From: an uncultured delta proteobacterium
GTDB lineage: Bacteria; Myxococcota; Myxococcia; Myxococcales; Myxococcaceae
DNA: 64,000 nt
Assembly: GCA_963771175.1 (NCBI GenBank)
Contig: CAVYSY010000031.1
Span: forward strand, 192,001 to 256,000
Direction: 5' to 3'
In this document: positions 20,708 to 32,208 of the stretch, one piece after another
Layout: the number at the start of each line of letters is the position of its first letter
How positions within the stretch are numbered: the stretch's first letter is position 1
Translations under genes and position numbers: made by a program
Notes under the pieces: model-generated
What the model was told of the DNA's origin: nothing
What the model saw: the letters and a program-made list of their open reading frames with translations, nothing else
The model's database searches: none

Positions 20708-21565
20708 ATGCGCCTCACCATCCACGCCCTCACCCGGTCATCCCTCGCGGCCCTTTTGCTGTCGCTGGCGGCCTGCGGGCCCAGCACCATCCCGGATACA
20801 GATGAAGACCCGAGCGCCGACGCGGGCACGGGCCACGGCACCGACGCGGGCCCTGGCACTGGCTCCGGCACTGACGCGGGCACTGGCACTGGCACCGACG
20901 CGGGCACTGGCACTGGCACCGACGCGGGCACTGGCACCAGCACGATGACCTCGCGCCCGATCAGCGACTTCCGAGACGGCATCGTCACCTACTACGGGGA
21001 GGCGGACGGCACCGGGAACTGCGGCTTCGACCCCAGCCCGGAGGATCTGGACGTCGCCGCCATCATCATGACCGAATACCAGGGCAGCGCCGTGTGTGGC
21101 GCGTGCGCCGAAATCCAGGGACCCACGAGCACGATCCGGGTGCGCATCGTGGATAGCTGCCCCGACTGCACGACGGCGGGACACCTGGACCTCAGCCCCT
21201 CGGCCTTCGCGAAGCTGGCCGATCTTCCCGTCGGCCGGTTGCAGGTGAAGTGGCGGTTCGTCACCTGCCCCGTGAGTGGCCCGGTCCGCTACCGCTTCAA
21301 GGAGGGCAGCAGCCAGTGGTGGACCGGTATCCAGGTGCGCAACCACCACAAGCCCATCCGCAAGTTGGAGTGGCTGTCGTCCACCGGGTGGGTGGAGGTT
21401 CCGCGCCAGGACTACAACTACTTCATCCAGTCCAACGGCATGGGCCAGGGAGCGCTCAAGCTCCGCATGACGGCCTGGGACGGAGAGGTGCGCGAGGACA
21501 CCCTGCCCGGCATCCTGGACTCACAGGTCATCACCGGCGCCACCCAGTTCACTCCGCTCCCCTGA
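20708..21565 (+). CDS. Expansin (EXLX1-like) lipoprotein
   Basis: Lipobox LAAC; TYY, GNCGF, CGAC, VDSCPDC, HLDLS (DPBB domain); KEGSSQWW, QVRNH, YNYF (CBM63 domain). Confidence 0.9.
   Translation: MRLTIHALTRSSLAALLLSLAACGPSTIPDTDEDPSADAGTGHGTDAGPGTGSGTDAGTGTGTDAGTGTGTDAGTGTSTMTSRPISDFRDGIVTYYGEADGTGNCGFDPSPEDLDVAAIIMTEYQGSAVCGACAEIQGPTSTIRVRIVDSCPDCTTAGHLDLSPSAFAKLADLPVGRLQVKWRFVTCPVSGPVRYRFKEGSSQWWTGIQVRNHHKPIRKLEWLSSTGWVEVPRQDYNYFIQSNGMGQGALKLRMTAWDGEVREDTLPGILDSQVITGATQFTPLP
20819..20938 (+). repeat. Coding tandem repeat, about 24-nt unit (DAGTGTGT) x5
   Basis: gacgcgggcactggcactggcacc repeated with variants. Confidence 0.9.
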
Positions 21566-21575
21566 GGGAGGAGCC

Positions 21576-22286
21576 ATGAGCAGGAAGAAGCAGAAAGACG
21601 ACGGCGGCACCTGGGCCACCATCCAGGAGAGCCTCGACGACTTCCAGCCCGCGCTTCTCGCGGCGCGCCTCCGGGAGGACCTCGTCCCGCGCATCCCGCG
21701 AGACGCCACCCGCCTGGACGAACAGACGCGCCGCGGCCTCTTCGAGGGCGTCAGCGCGCTGCTCGCCGAGCACGCGGGGGCCTGGTACACGCAGGCCGAC
21801 GTGCAGCTCGGCAACGAGGTCCTCGGCAGCTACGGCTGGCGCGACAGCTTCTTCCCCGACGAGGGCGACTCGCCCGACCTGGGCGTGGAGAGCAACCTCC
21901 AGCGCATCCTCTCCGCGCTCGGGGTGGCCCACGAGTGGCTCTGCACGCTCGACACGTACTTCCGCTCGCTGTCGCTGCCCCTGGACGAGGAGGACCGCAC
22001 GGCGGTGCTGTCGGACGCGGTGCGGCGGGTCATCGACCTCACCGCCGAGGCGACCGGCTGCGCTGAGAACTGGGACCACTACGCCCACCTGGCACTGGGC
22101 TGGTTGTGGGAGTCCCAAGGCATCCGCCGCACCGCGCGCGTGGAGCAAGCGGTACGCGAGGCCCTGGTGGACTTCACGAGCGGGTCGGCCCCCTCCGCCG
22201 ACGAGGCCCGCCAGGCCGCGGACACCATTGCCCTGGCGGCGGTGAAGGAAGACGTCTCCCGGAGCTACCCGGACAGCGGCACCTGA
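21576..22286 (+). CDS. Hypothetical alpha-helical protein
   Basis: GGAGGAG SD, typical codon usage, no recognised motif. Confidence 0.7.
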   Translation: MSRKKQKDDGGTWATIQESLDDFQPALLAARLREDLVPRIPRDATRLDEQTRRGLFEGVSALLAEHAGAWYTQADVQLGNEVLGSYGWRDSFFPDEGDSPDLGVESNLQRILSALGVAHEWLCTLDTYFRSLSLPLDEEDRTAVLSDAVRRVIDLTAEATGCAENWDHYAHLALGWLWESQGIRRTARVEQAVREALVDFTSGSAPSADEARQAADTIALAAVKEDVSRSYPDSGT

Positions 22287-22302
22287 TGCGCGCGCCCCCG
22301 GC

Positions 22303-22857
22303 TCAAGCGGGCAGGATGCCGAGCCGCTCGTCCCGACGCCGGAGCCAGGAGATGAGCGGCAGCGACAGCAGCACCATCCACGTCTTGCCGAGCACCTGCC
22401 CCAACAGGAAGTCGAGGCTCCCGAAGGCGAGCTGGAGGAAGAGGACGCTGTCGACGACGAGGCCCACGAGGCTGCTGGCGAGCACGGCGAGCACGAGGCC
22501 GCGCCGCTGCAGGGGCGTGTAGACGGCGAAGTCGGCCAGCTCCGAGACGGCGAAGGCTCCGCCCGAGGCGATGACGAGCGGAGGAGGAGCGAGCAGCGCC
22601 GAGAGCAGCGCGCCGACGGCGATGGCCAGCAGCGTCCAGCTCTTGCCCAGCCGGCGTTGCACCAGGTCGCGCAGCACGAAGGCGATACCGACGATGAGGA
22701 CGCCACTCGGCGCGAGGATTCCCGGCCCCACGGGGAGCAGGCAGGGGCCACTGTCCGAGCACACCGCCCCTACATGGCCGATCATCCAGTTGGAGAGCGG
22801 AATCGAGGCCCCGAAGCCCAGCAAGAAGAAGAATCCCTCGATGCGACGCCGATCCAT
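22303..22857 (-). CDS. VUT-family (YhhQ-like, queuosine precursor) transporter
   Basis: APSGV, FVLRDLVQ, IASGGAFAVSELADFAVY, VDSVLFL, GQVLGK. Confidence 0.85.
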   Translation of the reverse strand: MDRRRIEGFFFLLGFGASIPLSNWMIGHVGAVCSDSGPCLLPVGPGILAPSGVLIVGIAFVLRDLVQRRLGKSWTLLAIAVGALLSALLAPPPLVIASGGAFAVSELADFAVYTPLQRRGLVLAVLASSLVGLVVDSVLFLQLAFGSLDFLLGQVLGKTWMVLLSLPLISWLRRRDERLGILPA

Positions 22858-22982
22858 TGCGACCTGCTCCACGACAAGAACCCGGGGCGCGCGCATAGCA
22901 CGTTTCCGCCGGGGTGTCAGAATGCGACCCATGAACCCCACCCGGCGCGGGCTGAGACTCCTGCTCCTGGAGCTCGGCTGAC

Positions 22983-23405
22983 ATGAGGACTTCCGAGCCG
23001 AACCTCTTCGACGACTCGCGCTGGCCCCTGCTGCTCCTGCGGCTGCCGGGAACGCTCTCCTCGCAAGGGCACGAGGCGTGCCTCTCCGCCTTCAGCGACT
23101 ACCTGCGGCGAGGGGAGAGGTTCGCGCTCCTCGTCGACCTGGTCCGGGTCGGGCTGGTGCCGCTGGATCAGCGCTGGCGGCAGGTGGAGTGGTTCTCGGA
23201 GCACGAGCAGATGCTGCGCCAGCAACTGCTCGGCACCGCCATCGTCGTCACCTCGCCCGTCGTCCGGCTGTCGATCAGCGCCATCCTGTACTTCAAGCCG
23301 CTGCCGCTCCCCGCCACCACCTTCGCCCACCTGGAGCCCGCGGAGGCCTGGGTGGCCGAGCGCATCCGGGATGCGGGGCTCACCCAGGCCAGCAAGGGAG
23401 ACTGA
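22983..23405 (+). CDS. Small protein, STAS/SEC14-like
   Basis: DDSRWPLL, FALLVDL, GTAIVVTSPVVR, P-x-x-x-F-x-x-x-x-x-A-x-x-W pattern. Confidence 0.55.
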   Translation: MRTSEPNLFDDSRWPLLLLRLPGTLSSQGHEACLSAFSDYLRRGERFALLVDLVRVGLVPLDQRWRQVEWFSEHEQMLRQQLLGTAIVVTSPVVRLSISAILYFKPLPLPATTFAHLEPAEAWVAERIRDAGLTQASKGD

Positions 23406-23417
23406 CGGCGGAGCGCG

Positions 23418-25553
23418 CTACAGCATCGGCCCCGTCGTCTCGAGCTCCTGCGTCTCCAGCAGACCCGTCTGCTTCAGCAGCGGCTGGGTGCTGGGCGCGC
23501 GGCCACGGAACTCCTGGAAGACCTCGAGCGGGTGGCGGCTGCCGCCGAGCGCGAGCACGGTGTCCCGGAAGCGCCGCCCGGTGCTGGCCACCGCCTGCGG
23601 ATTGGACAGCCCGGCCTCCTCGAAGGCGGAGAAGGCATCGGCGGAGAGCACCTCGGCCCACTTGTAGCTGTAGTAACCCGCCGCGTAGCCACCCGCGAAG
23701 ATGTGGCTGAAGCCGCAGAGGAAGCGGTCCTCCGGGAGCGGCTTGAGCACCGTGTTCTCCGCGGCCACGCGCTTCTGGACCTCGATGACACTGCCCTGCG
23801 CGGTGTCGCCCGGGACGTAGCGGTGGTGCAGCTCCAGGTCCAGCGTGGCGAAGAACACCTGCCGCAGCGTCATGGAGGCGGCGCGGTAGATGCGACCGGC
23901 GCGAATCTTGTCCTGCAGGGCCTTGGGAAGCGACTCACCGGAGTCCACGTGGCGGGCCAGGCGGGAGAGCGTGTCCTCGTGGAAGCACCAGTTCTCCATG
24001 AACTGGCTGGGCAGCTCCACGGCGTCCCACTCCACGTTGTTGATGCCCGCGGCCTCCGGGTAGTCCACGCGCGTGAGCATGTGCTGCAGACCGTGGCCGA
24101 ACTCGTGGAAGAGCGTCTCCACCTCGCGGAAGGTGAGGAGCGCGGACTTGTTGCCCACGGGCGGCGTGAAGTTGCAGACGAGGTAGGCCACCGGCAGCCG
24201 CAGGCTCCCGTCGGGCTTGCGCTTGCGGTCGAGCGCGTTGTTCATCCACGCCCCACCGCGCTTGGTGGCCGGGCGGCTGTAGGGGTCCAGGTAGAAGGCG
24301 GCGATGTCCTTGCCCGACTCGTCCGCCATGCGGAAGAAGCGGACGCTCGAGTCCCACACGGGCTCCTCGCCGTCGGCGGAGCGCACCGTGACGCCGAAGA
24401 GCCGCTTCGCGGTGTCGAACAGGCCCTCCAGCACGCGCGGCATGGCGAAGTACGGCCGGAGCTCCTCGTCGGTGTAGGCGTAGCGCTCCTCGCGCATGCG
24501 CTCGGCCCAGAAGGGCACGTCCCACAGCGCCAGCTCGAGCGAGGCGTTGCCCGTCTTGCGGCGCGCGTACTCGGTCAGCTCGGTGTTCTCCGCGCGGGCA
24601 CGGGAGACGGCGGCCCCGCGCAACTCGGCGAGCAGCTTCTCGACGGCGGGCACGTCGGGAGCCATCTTCGCCGCGAGGCTCACCTCGGCGAACGAGGGGT
24701 AGCCGAGCAGGCGGGCCTTCTCGCGGCGCAGGGTGAGGATGCGCTCGATGAGCGGATTGTTGTCCGAGTCCCCGGAGGAGGCGCGGGTGACGAAGGCGCG
24801 GTAGAGCTTCTCGCGCAACTCGGGCCGGCGCGAGTGCTCGAGGAAGGGCACATAGCTGGGGGCCTCCAGGGTGATGCGCCAGGGACCCTTCTCGGGGGTG
24901 GGCTCGGGGGCGCCCTCGGCCAGAGCCACCTTCGCCGCCTGGGCGGCCGCGGCGAGCGCGCTGGGCGGCAGGCCCTCCACCTCCTCGGACTTGGTGAGCG
25001 TCATGGACCAGACCTTGGTGGCGTCGATGACGTTGTTGGAGAAGCGGGTGGACAGCTCGGCCAGCTCGCGCTCGATGTCCTGGAAGCGCTCGCGGGCCTC
25101 GCCTTCCAGCCCCACGCCGGACAGCTCGGCGTCGCGGATGGAGGACTCGACGATGCGGTGCTGGGCCGCGTCGAGCTTCTTCCACTCCGACCCCTCGCGC
25201 AGGGCCTTGAGCGCCCGGTAGAGCGGCACGCTCTGGCCGATGCGCATGAGGGCCTCGACGACATCGCCCTCGACGGCGGAGTGGGCCTGGCGCAGCTCCG
25301 GGCTGTTCTGCACGCTCATGAGGTGGTTCACCACGCCCCAGGCCATGCCGAGCGGCTCGGTCATGGCGGACAGGCGGGCGACCGTTCCCTCCCACGTGGG
25401 CCGCACGTCGCGCTCGAGCTCATCCAGCGAGGCGTGCAGGCGCGTCAGCATCTCGCGAATGGCCGGCTCGACATGCTCCGGGCGGATGCGGTCGAACTTC
25501 GGAAGTCCTTCGGTCTGAAGCAGCGGATTGTCAGGTGTAGGGGCAGTCATCAC
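23418..25553 (-). CDS. prlC: Oligopeptidase A (M3A metallopeptidase)
   Basis: NPLL N-terminus, KRGGAWM, LFHEFGHGLQH, WDAVELPSQFMENW, FSHIFAGGYAAGYYSYKWAEVL. Confidence 0.95.
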   Translation of the reverse strand: MMTAPTPDNPLLQTEGLPKFDRIRPEHVEPAIREMLTRLHASLDELERDVRPTWEGTVARLSAMTEPLGMAWGVVNHLMSVQNSPELRQAHSAVEGDVVEALMRIGQSVPLYRALKALREGSEWKKLDAAQHRIVESSIRDAELSGVGLEGEARERFQDIERELAELSTRFSNNVIDATKVWSMTLTKSEEVEGLPPSALAAAAQAAKVALAEGAPEPTPEKGPWRITLEAPSYVPFLEHSRRPELREKLYRAFVTRASSGDSDNNPLIERILTLRREKARLLGYPSFAEVSLAAKMAPDVPAVEKLLAELRGAAVSRARAENTELTEYARRKTGNASLELALWDVPFWAERMREERYAYTDEELRPYFAMPRVLEGLFDTAKRLFGVTVRSADGEEPVWDSSVRFFRMADESGKDIAAFYLDPYSRPATKRGGAWMNNALDRKRKPDGSLRLPVAYLVCNFTPPVGNKSALLTFREVETLFHEFGHGLQHMLTRVDYPEAAGINNVEWDAVELPSQFMENWCFHEDTLSRLARHVDSGESLPKALQDKIRAGRIYRAASMTLRQVFFATLDLELHHRYVPGDTAQGSVIEVQKRVAAENTVLKPLPEDRFLCGFSHIFAGGYAAGYYSYKWAEVLSADAFSAFEEAGLSNPQAVASTGRRFRDTVLALGGSRHPLEVFQEFRGRAPSTQPLLKQTGLLETQELETTGPML

Positions 25554-25681
25554 CCACTGACGTTAGGGCAGCCGCTCGCGGTTGGCAGCAATCCCGAAGC
25601 TGGGAGTGAGGCTGGGCGTCGGGGAGTGCACGAACCCCGGAGAGCCTTGCCGCCGCCAACCAGCCGCGAAGAGGATGGGGC

Positions 25682-26645
25682 ATGAGCCCACGACGTGCAC
25701 TTCTCGTCTCCCTGCTTGGCCTCGTCCTCCTGCCCCTGGCCCCGGCCCTCGCGTGCCTGTGGGACAGCGACACGCTGAAGGAGGAGTCACTCGGCCTCCA
25801 GGAGGTGGCCGACATCGTCCAGGGGCGCATCCTCAAGCATTCGCGGACCTTCTACGAGCGAAAGGTGGCCTACACCCAGCCGCTGCTGGAGCGGGAGGAC
25901 GTGAAGCCCGAGCGCTATGACGACCTCGCGGTGGCCTACGAGAAGCTCGGCCGCATCCCGGAGGCCATTGCCACGATGGAGGCCAAGGAGAAGCGCTTTC
26001 CTGGCCTGTACACCACGGCGGCCAACCTGGGCACCTTTCATGCGCACGCGGGCGACTACCCGCGCGCACTCGAGCACCTGCGCCGGGCCCTCGCCCTCAA
26101 TCCCGAGGCCCACTTCGGTCGCGAGAAGTACCAGGTCAAGGCCATCGAATATCTGCAACGGCTGGCCGCCGAGCCCGGGGTGGTGAACAAGGAGGAGCTG
26201 CTCGGTTTGCCGATCGACTCGGAGCGTTACGTCTGGGTCATGAATCCGACGAAGAAGGCGCGCGCGGACGCGAACGTGAACGAGCCCACGCTCCCCAAGG
26301 ACGTCTTGCCGGGGCTCGCCGGGATGATCCGTTTCGGCAGCGGCGAACGCAGCCCCCACCTGTGGTTCAGCCTGGGCCTGTCGCTCGCGTGGAGCGGCCA
26401 CAAGAACCTGGCCCTCCGCGCGATGCGCCGGGCCGAGCTTCCTCGGACACCCCCTGGCGCACGAGCATGCCAAGGCGCTGATCCGGACGATCAAGGCCTA
26501 CTCCAATGGGAACAAGGACTGGAAGACCATCGGAGCCGAGCTCGATGCTGAGTGGGAGAAGAGTCAGGCCTGGGTCCAGGAGAAGCAGCGCCGGGAGGAG
26601 GCACTGCTCACCAGGGGCAAGGAGAAGCAGGTCTTCGGGTACTGA
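25682..26645 (+). CDS. Secreted TPR-containing protein (frameshift near 26440)
   Basis: Signal peptide ALA-CLWDSDTL; TPRs (DDLAVAY, NLGTF, ALALNPEAHFGRE); shifted frame continues LGHPLAHEH...KQVFGY* to 26645. Confidence 0.7.
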
Positions 26646-26740
26646 GCGGCCCTCGCTCGGTGCATGGACAGGCGTGGACCGGACGAGCACCCTCACTCGA
26701 CCTTGACAGGCCGCCGGGCGCACTGCTCTCACGAGAGACC

Positions 26741-28153
26741 ATGCTCGCCCTCGTCCTCGCGGCCTCGCTCGCCGCCGCCCCCGCGCCCCGCGCCGCCACC
26801 GCTTCGGAGACCGTCGTCCACATTCCCCGGCTGGACGCGCTTCAGGGCGTCACCGCCTTCCTGTCGAGGGCGGGGCAGAACGCAGCCCTGATGCGGCCCG
26901 TCGTCTGGTACGCCGAGCTGCACCCCTTCCTCTCGCTCGACCCCAGCCAGCCGGACACCCTCACCAGCGCGGGCATCGACCCCGCCGGCCCCATCACCGT
27001 CTCCCTGCGCGACAACGGCCGCATCTCCTGCACGCGCCTGAAGGACCCGAAGGCCTTCCAGCAGAAGGCCGCCGCGATGCTGGCCTCCGCCGGGAGCAAC
27101 ACGGAGGTGAAACCCACCACCGTCGGCGGAGTCACCACGGTGAGCGTCCCGCGCGAGTCCGGCGGCCGAGCCGGCTACAGTCTCAAGGGCCAGGAGGCGT
27201 GTGCCTTCGCGAGCACCGGCGGGGGCTTCACGGATGATGACCAGGGCCCGGTGCTGCTGAAGGAGACTTCGCGGCTGGTGGGCAAGGCACCCAAGCCGGA
27301 CGCGCGGCTGGCGCAACTCCCCGGAGTCCTCTACGTACTGGTGCCCAGACGCGGCATCGTGGTGGGCGTGGACGGCAGCGGCTCGGAGCTGAAGCTGGTG
27401 GGCACGGCCGCGGGGCTTCCGCTACCGCCCTTCCAGTCCTCGGGGACGAATCCCTATGGCGCGATGAAGCCCGAGGGACTCCTCTTCTCCCGTGCCCGGG
27501 TGGCGTCGGCCGGGGTGTCCCAGGCGGTGGGCAGCGTGCGCGCGAACATCCAGCAGGTGTGCCCCACCTGCCCCGCGGCCGAGGTGTCCTCGGTGGCGCG
27601 CGCGGTGGCCGAGCGCCTCACCGGCAACGTGCTGATGGTGGTGGACAGCGTGAGGTCGCGCCCCAACCTGCGCACGAATGAGGGCCGCTTCTTCGCCGCG
27701 CGGCAGGCGTTCGCCGCCGAGGTGACGGACGCCGCGGCGGTGAAGACCGCGCTCGCGCCACTGGCGAAGCTGCCCGGAGCGAAGGCGCTGGAGGACGGGT
27801 ACGCGCTGGACGTGAAGGGAGGCACCGTGCACGTCCGGCAGAAGGGCAAGCACCTCGTGGTGGGCAATGACGAGGCGGTGGCACAGTCACTCCTGGGAGC
27901 CCTGTCCCCGGAGGGTGCGAAGCTGCCGCACGCGGTGGACTTCACGGTGGACCCGAAGCGGCTGGCGCGCGGGCTGAATCAGGTGTCGCTGATGGACGTC
28001 GTCTCCAACCAGCAGCTCGCCGGCATCTTCGCCGTGGGCCTGGAGATGGGCCCGCTGCTGGCCAACAGCGAGCGCATCGTGGGCTGGCTCGACAGCACCT
28101 CCGGTGGAGCCCACCGCTTCTCCACCACCTGGACGCTGCCCGCCGCGCCCTGA
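26741..28153 (+). CDS. Secreted hypothetical protein
   Basis: Signal peptide MLALVLAASLAA; long ORF with typical GC3 bias. Confidence 0.7.
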   Translation: MLALVLAASLAAAPAPRAATASETVVHIPRLDALQGVTAFLSRAGQNAALMRPVVWYAELHPFLSLDPSQPDTLTSAGIDPAGPITVSLRDNGRISCTRLKDPKAFQQKAAAMLASAGSNTEVKPTTVGGVTTVSVPRESGGRAGYSLKGQEACAFASTGGGFTDDDQGPVLLKETSRLVGKAPKPDARLAQLPGVLYVLVPRRGIVVGVDGSGSELKLVGTAAGLPLPPFQSSGTNPYGAMKPEGLLFSRARVASAGVSQAVGSVRANIQQVCPTCPAAEVSSVARAVAERLTGNVLMVVDSVRSRPNLRTNEGRFFAARQAFAAEVTDAAAVKTALAPLAKLPGAKALEDGYALDVKGGTVHVRQKGKHLVVGNDEAVAQSLLGALSPEGAKLPHAVDFTVDPKRLARGLNQVSLMDVVSNQQLAGIFAVGLEMGPLLANSERIVGWLDSTSGGAHRFSTTWTLPAAP

Positions 28154-28401
28154 GGGAGAGCCACAACCCGTACGTCACGCGGGCTTGAAGGTGCCCGCCT
28201 TCCATTGCCGGAGCGTCAACTCCGCGGTGAAGCCCACCCCTCTGCCTCCAGCTCCTCCTCCTGGCCACCCTTGCCCGCACGACGGGCCAGGTGCCGAGCA
28301 CGAGCCGGCTGGTTCGTTTTCCCGCGCTTCTTCATGTTCAGCGACAGTCCGGATTTGTCGGGAGCAATCGCTAGAATGGGCGTCACCCATCGGAGGCGCT
28401 G

Positions 28402-29933
28402 ATGACGTCCACGCGGCTGGTGTTGCTGCTGCTTGCCCTGGCCATGCTGTCCAACGCCTGTGTGTCGCTGACGCCACCGCCTGGCCCGGGGCGGAGCCTG
28501 CGCTACACCCCGCACGACGCCACGGGGCCCGCGGTGGCCGAGGGGCGGGCGAGGAGCCGCCGCTCGCCCTGGCTCCCAGCCGCCCTCCCCTCCTGGGCCC
28601 GACGCACCGGAGCGGCTGCACCGTCGCCGCGGCTCCCGGGAGGCGGTGACGGGGGCCGGCCCTGGCAGCGCCGACGCGACAGTGTGGCGGAGCGCCCTCG
28701 CCGCCCACCTGGCCTTTCGCAAGGGCGTGGGCGAGGTGTCCGGCACCACCCGACGCATCTCCCGCGAGCTCTCCAGGCTCAGGGCCAGCCACTTCGGCAT
28801 CGCTGGCGCGGGCAACGGCCTCTTCGTCCCCTACGTCGATTATGGCGAAGCTCAGTTGCGGTGGATTGACGCCGAGCTTGCCGCCGCCACGGAGCTTGCC
28901 GCCGAGGCGTCGGAGGTGGAGGACCCGGACATGCAGCTCGCCCTGCTGCGCCTCGCCGGCCCACGGCTGGAGGCCGCGATGATGGGCTCCATGCTGCTGG
29001 CCGTGTGGTTTGACTTCCTCAACCTCACCGATGCCGCGCTCTCCCGGAACCTCTATGGCGTGGAGTCGCTGTACGTGAAGATGGACGACTGGCAGAAGAT
29101 GATGGAGCCGTCCATGTCGGCTCTCGCTTCCCTGCAGCCGGAACAGGTGGAGGTAGCGGCGGAGGACATGCCCGCCCTGGTAGGCCACCTCACGGACGAG
29201 TTCGCCGCACTCATCGAGGCCATTCACAAGGGGGAGAAAGTCCTCGCGACGGCGCTGGTGCTGAAGGAGTCCATGGAGGCGCTCACCACCATGTCGGTGC
29301 TGAAGTTCACGTTGCCCGCGCTGCGCGCGGCTACTCCCGCCATGCTCGGCGCGAGCCTCATGGCGGGCCCCAACGGGGTGATGATGGGGACGCGGATTGT
29401 GGTGTCCGCCGAGTGGGTGGAGATGATGCGCCAGTTGGTGCGCGCGGGCGTCCTCTCCCTGCCCGCCGTCAGCGCCGCGGTGCGGATTCAGGCCGGCCAG
29501 GTGATGATGGCGCAGGGGCACGGCGACCTCCCACGGGGCGTGCGCGACGCGCTGGGCGATGCGCCCGAGGTGCGGGCCTTGCGCGTGACGGGCAAAGCGG
29601 GGGCCGGTATGGCCGAGCGCCCTCGTCACCACGTCATGCCGAAGGAGTTCCGCGAGTGGTTCGAGAAGCGCGGCTTCACCGGCAAGATGGATATCAACAA
29701 GTTCTGCGTCACGCTGCAGCAGGCGCACCACCAGGCAATTCACGGTGGTGGAAACTGGAAGCTGGGGCGCACATGGCCCGGTGAATGGAACCGAATGATT
29801 ATGAAGGCGCTGCGCGACGCCGAGGTTGAAGCCGGCCGGATGTTGACGCGGAACGAGATCCTGGAAATCGTCGCGAGTACATGAAGGAGTACAGACTCCC
29901 GATGAACTTCGTCCGCAGTGGAGAGGACCATGA
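28402..29933 (+). CDS. Lipoprotein with C-terminal DUF2380/AHH-like His-rich nuclease-type domain; putative polymorphic toxin (frameshifted)
   Basis: Lipobox LSNAC; helical body in ORF 28646-29884; tip HHVMPKEFREWF...DINKFCV...HHQAIHGGG...WN; reconstructed stop overlaps the next start (ATGA 29930-29933). Confidence 0.7.
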
Positions 29934-30401
29934 GCGACGGACGTGCTTGGGAGGGCAACGTCAAAGCGCGCCTGTATGAGCGCGTGCGCCAGCGTGGTTA
30001 TGATTCGCTCACCGCCTTCGCCGAGGCGCGCCCCACCGCTTCGCTATTGGAACTGGCGGATGAGCTTGGTCCTGATGACATCGCAGCAGTGCAGCTGTTC
30101 AGCGGGCTTGGTGGCCGAGGCGGAGCGTAGCCGTCGGGTCACACGGTTGGTGCGCGGTCAGCTCGTGCGCGAGCTGGCCGAAGCACTCCCGAACGGCTGG
30201 CCGGACGTGCTGGACGATGCGACCCGCTTCAAGGTTGCCGTGGCACTCGCCCGTTGGGGGACCTACACCCCAGAAACTCATGAACAGCACGTCGAGCGGG
30301 CCAAGGCAGCGCTTCGCGCTTCTCCACCACCACCCGGCTGGCGGCCTCTCGGGCCCGACGACGAATTGCTGCTCACGCTCCTGCCTGACGAAACAGTCTA
30401 G
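29930..30401 (+). CDS. Putative immunity protein coupled to the upstream lipoprotein (frameshift near 30110)
   Basis: MSDGRAWEGNVKARLYERVR... joined to ...VAEAERSRRVTRLVR...PPPGWRPLGPDDELL; ATGA coupling. Confidence 0.6.
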
Positions 30402-30457
30402 CCCCAAGCCTTGGTCGAGCCGGGCCCCGCGCTGACAGCGCCTACTACGGGAACGGT

Positions 30458-30519
30458 ACTTCTGGACGTCCAGAAGTCACACACATCCCCCTACATCACT
30501 TCTGGACGTCCAGAAGTGA
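30458..30519. repeat. Two copies of a perfect 20-bp palindrome ACTTCTGGACGTCCAGAAGT, 40-bp period
   Basis: Copies at 30458-30477 and 30498-30517; the second extends to the 24-bp palindrome TCAC...GTGA at 30496-30519. Confidence 0.95.
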
Positions 30520-30602
30520 GGCTCATCCGTCGCCCGCCTGCGCCTCGCCGCGCCCGAGCCCCGGGTGCCCGCACGGGGCCCAATCGTGCTAGATGCGCGC
30601 CC

Positions 30603-32170
<1,568 letters not shown>

Positions 32171-32208
32171 GCAGGCGGGCAGGCAGGCTCCACGGCTCGA
32201 AAAAAACG

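Noticed and set aside
25575..25670. Imperfect long-range stem between prlC and the TPR gene
   Set aside because: Pairing (GGTTGGC/GCCAACC) is short and plausible by chance at this GC content; no known RNA motif
28216..28336. Short minus-strand ORF MKKRGKTNQPAR... before the toxin cassette
   Set aside because: 39 codons, no clear SD, no recognisable motif
29930..30401. NUDIX hydrolase call for the gene after the lipoprotein
   Set aside because: No GX5EX7REUXEEXGU box is visible; its position fits an immunity gene better
30458..30519. CRISPR array
   Set aside because: Only two 20-bp fully palindromic repeats and one 20-nt spacer, with no cas genes or leader; kept as a palindrome pair
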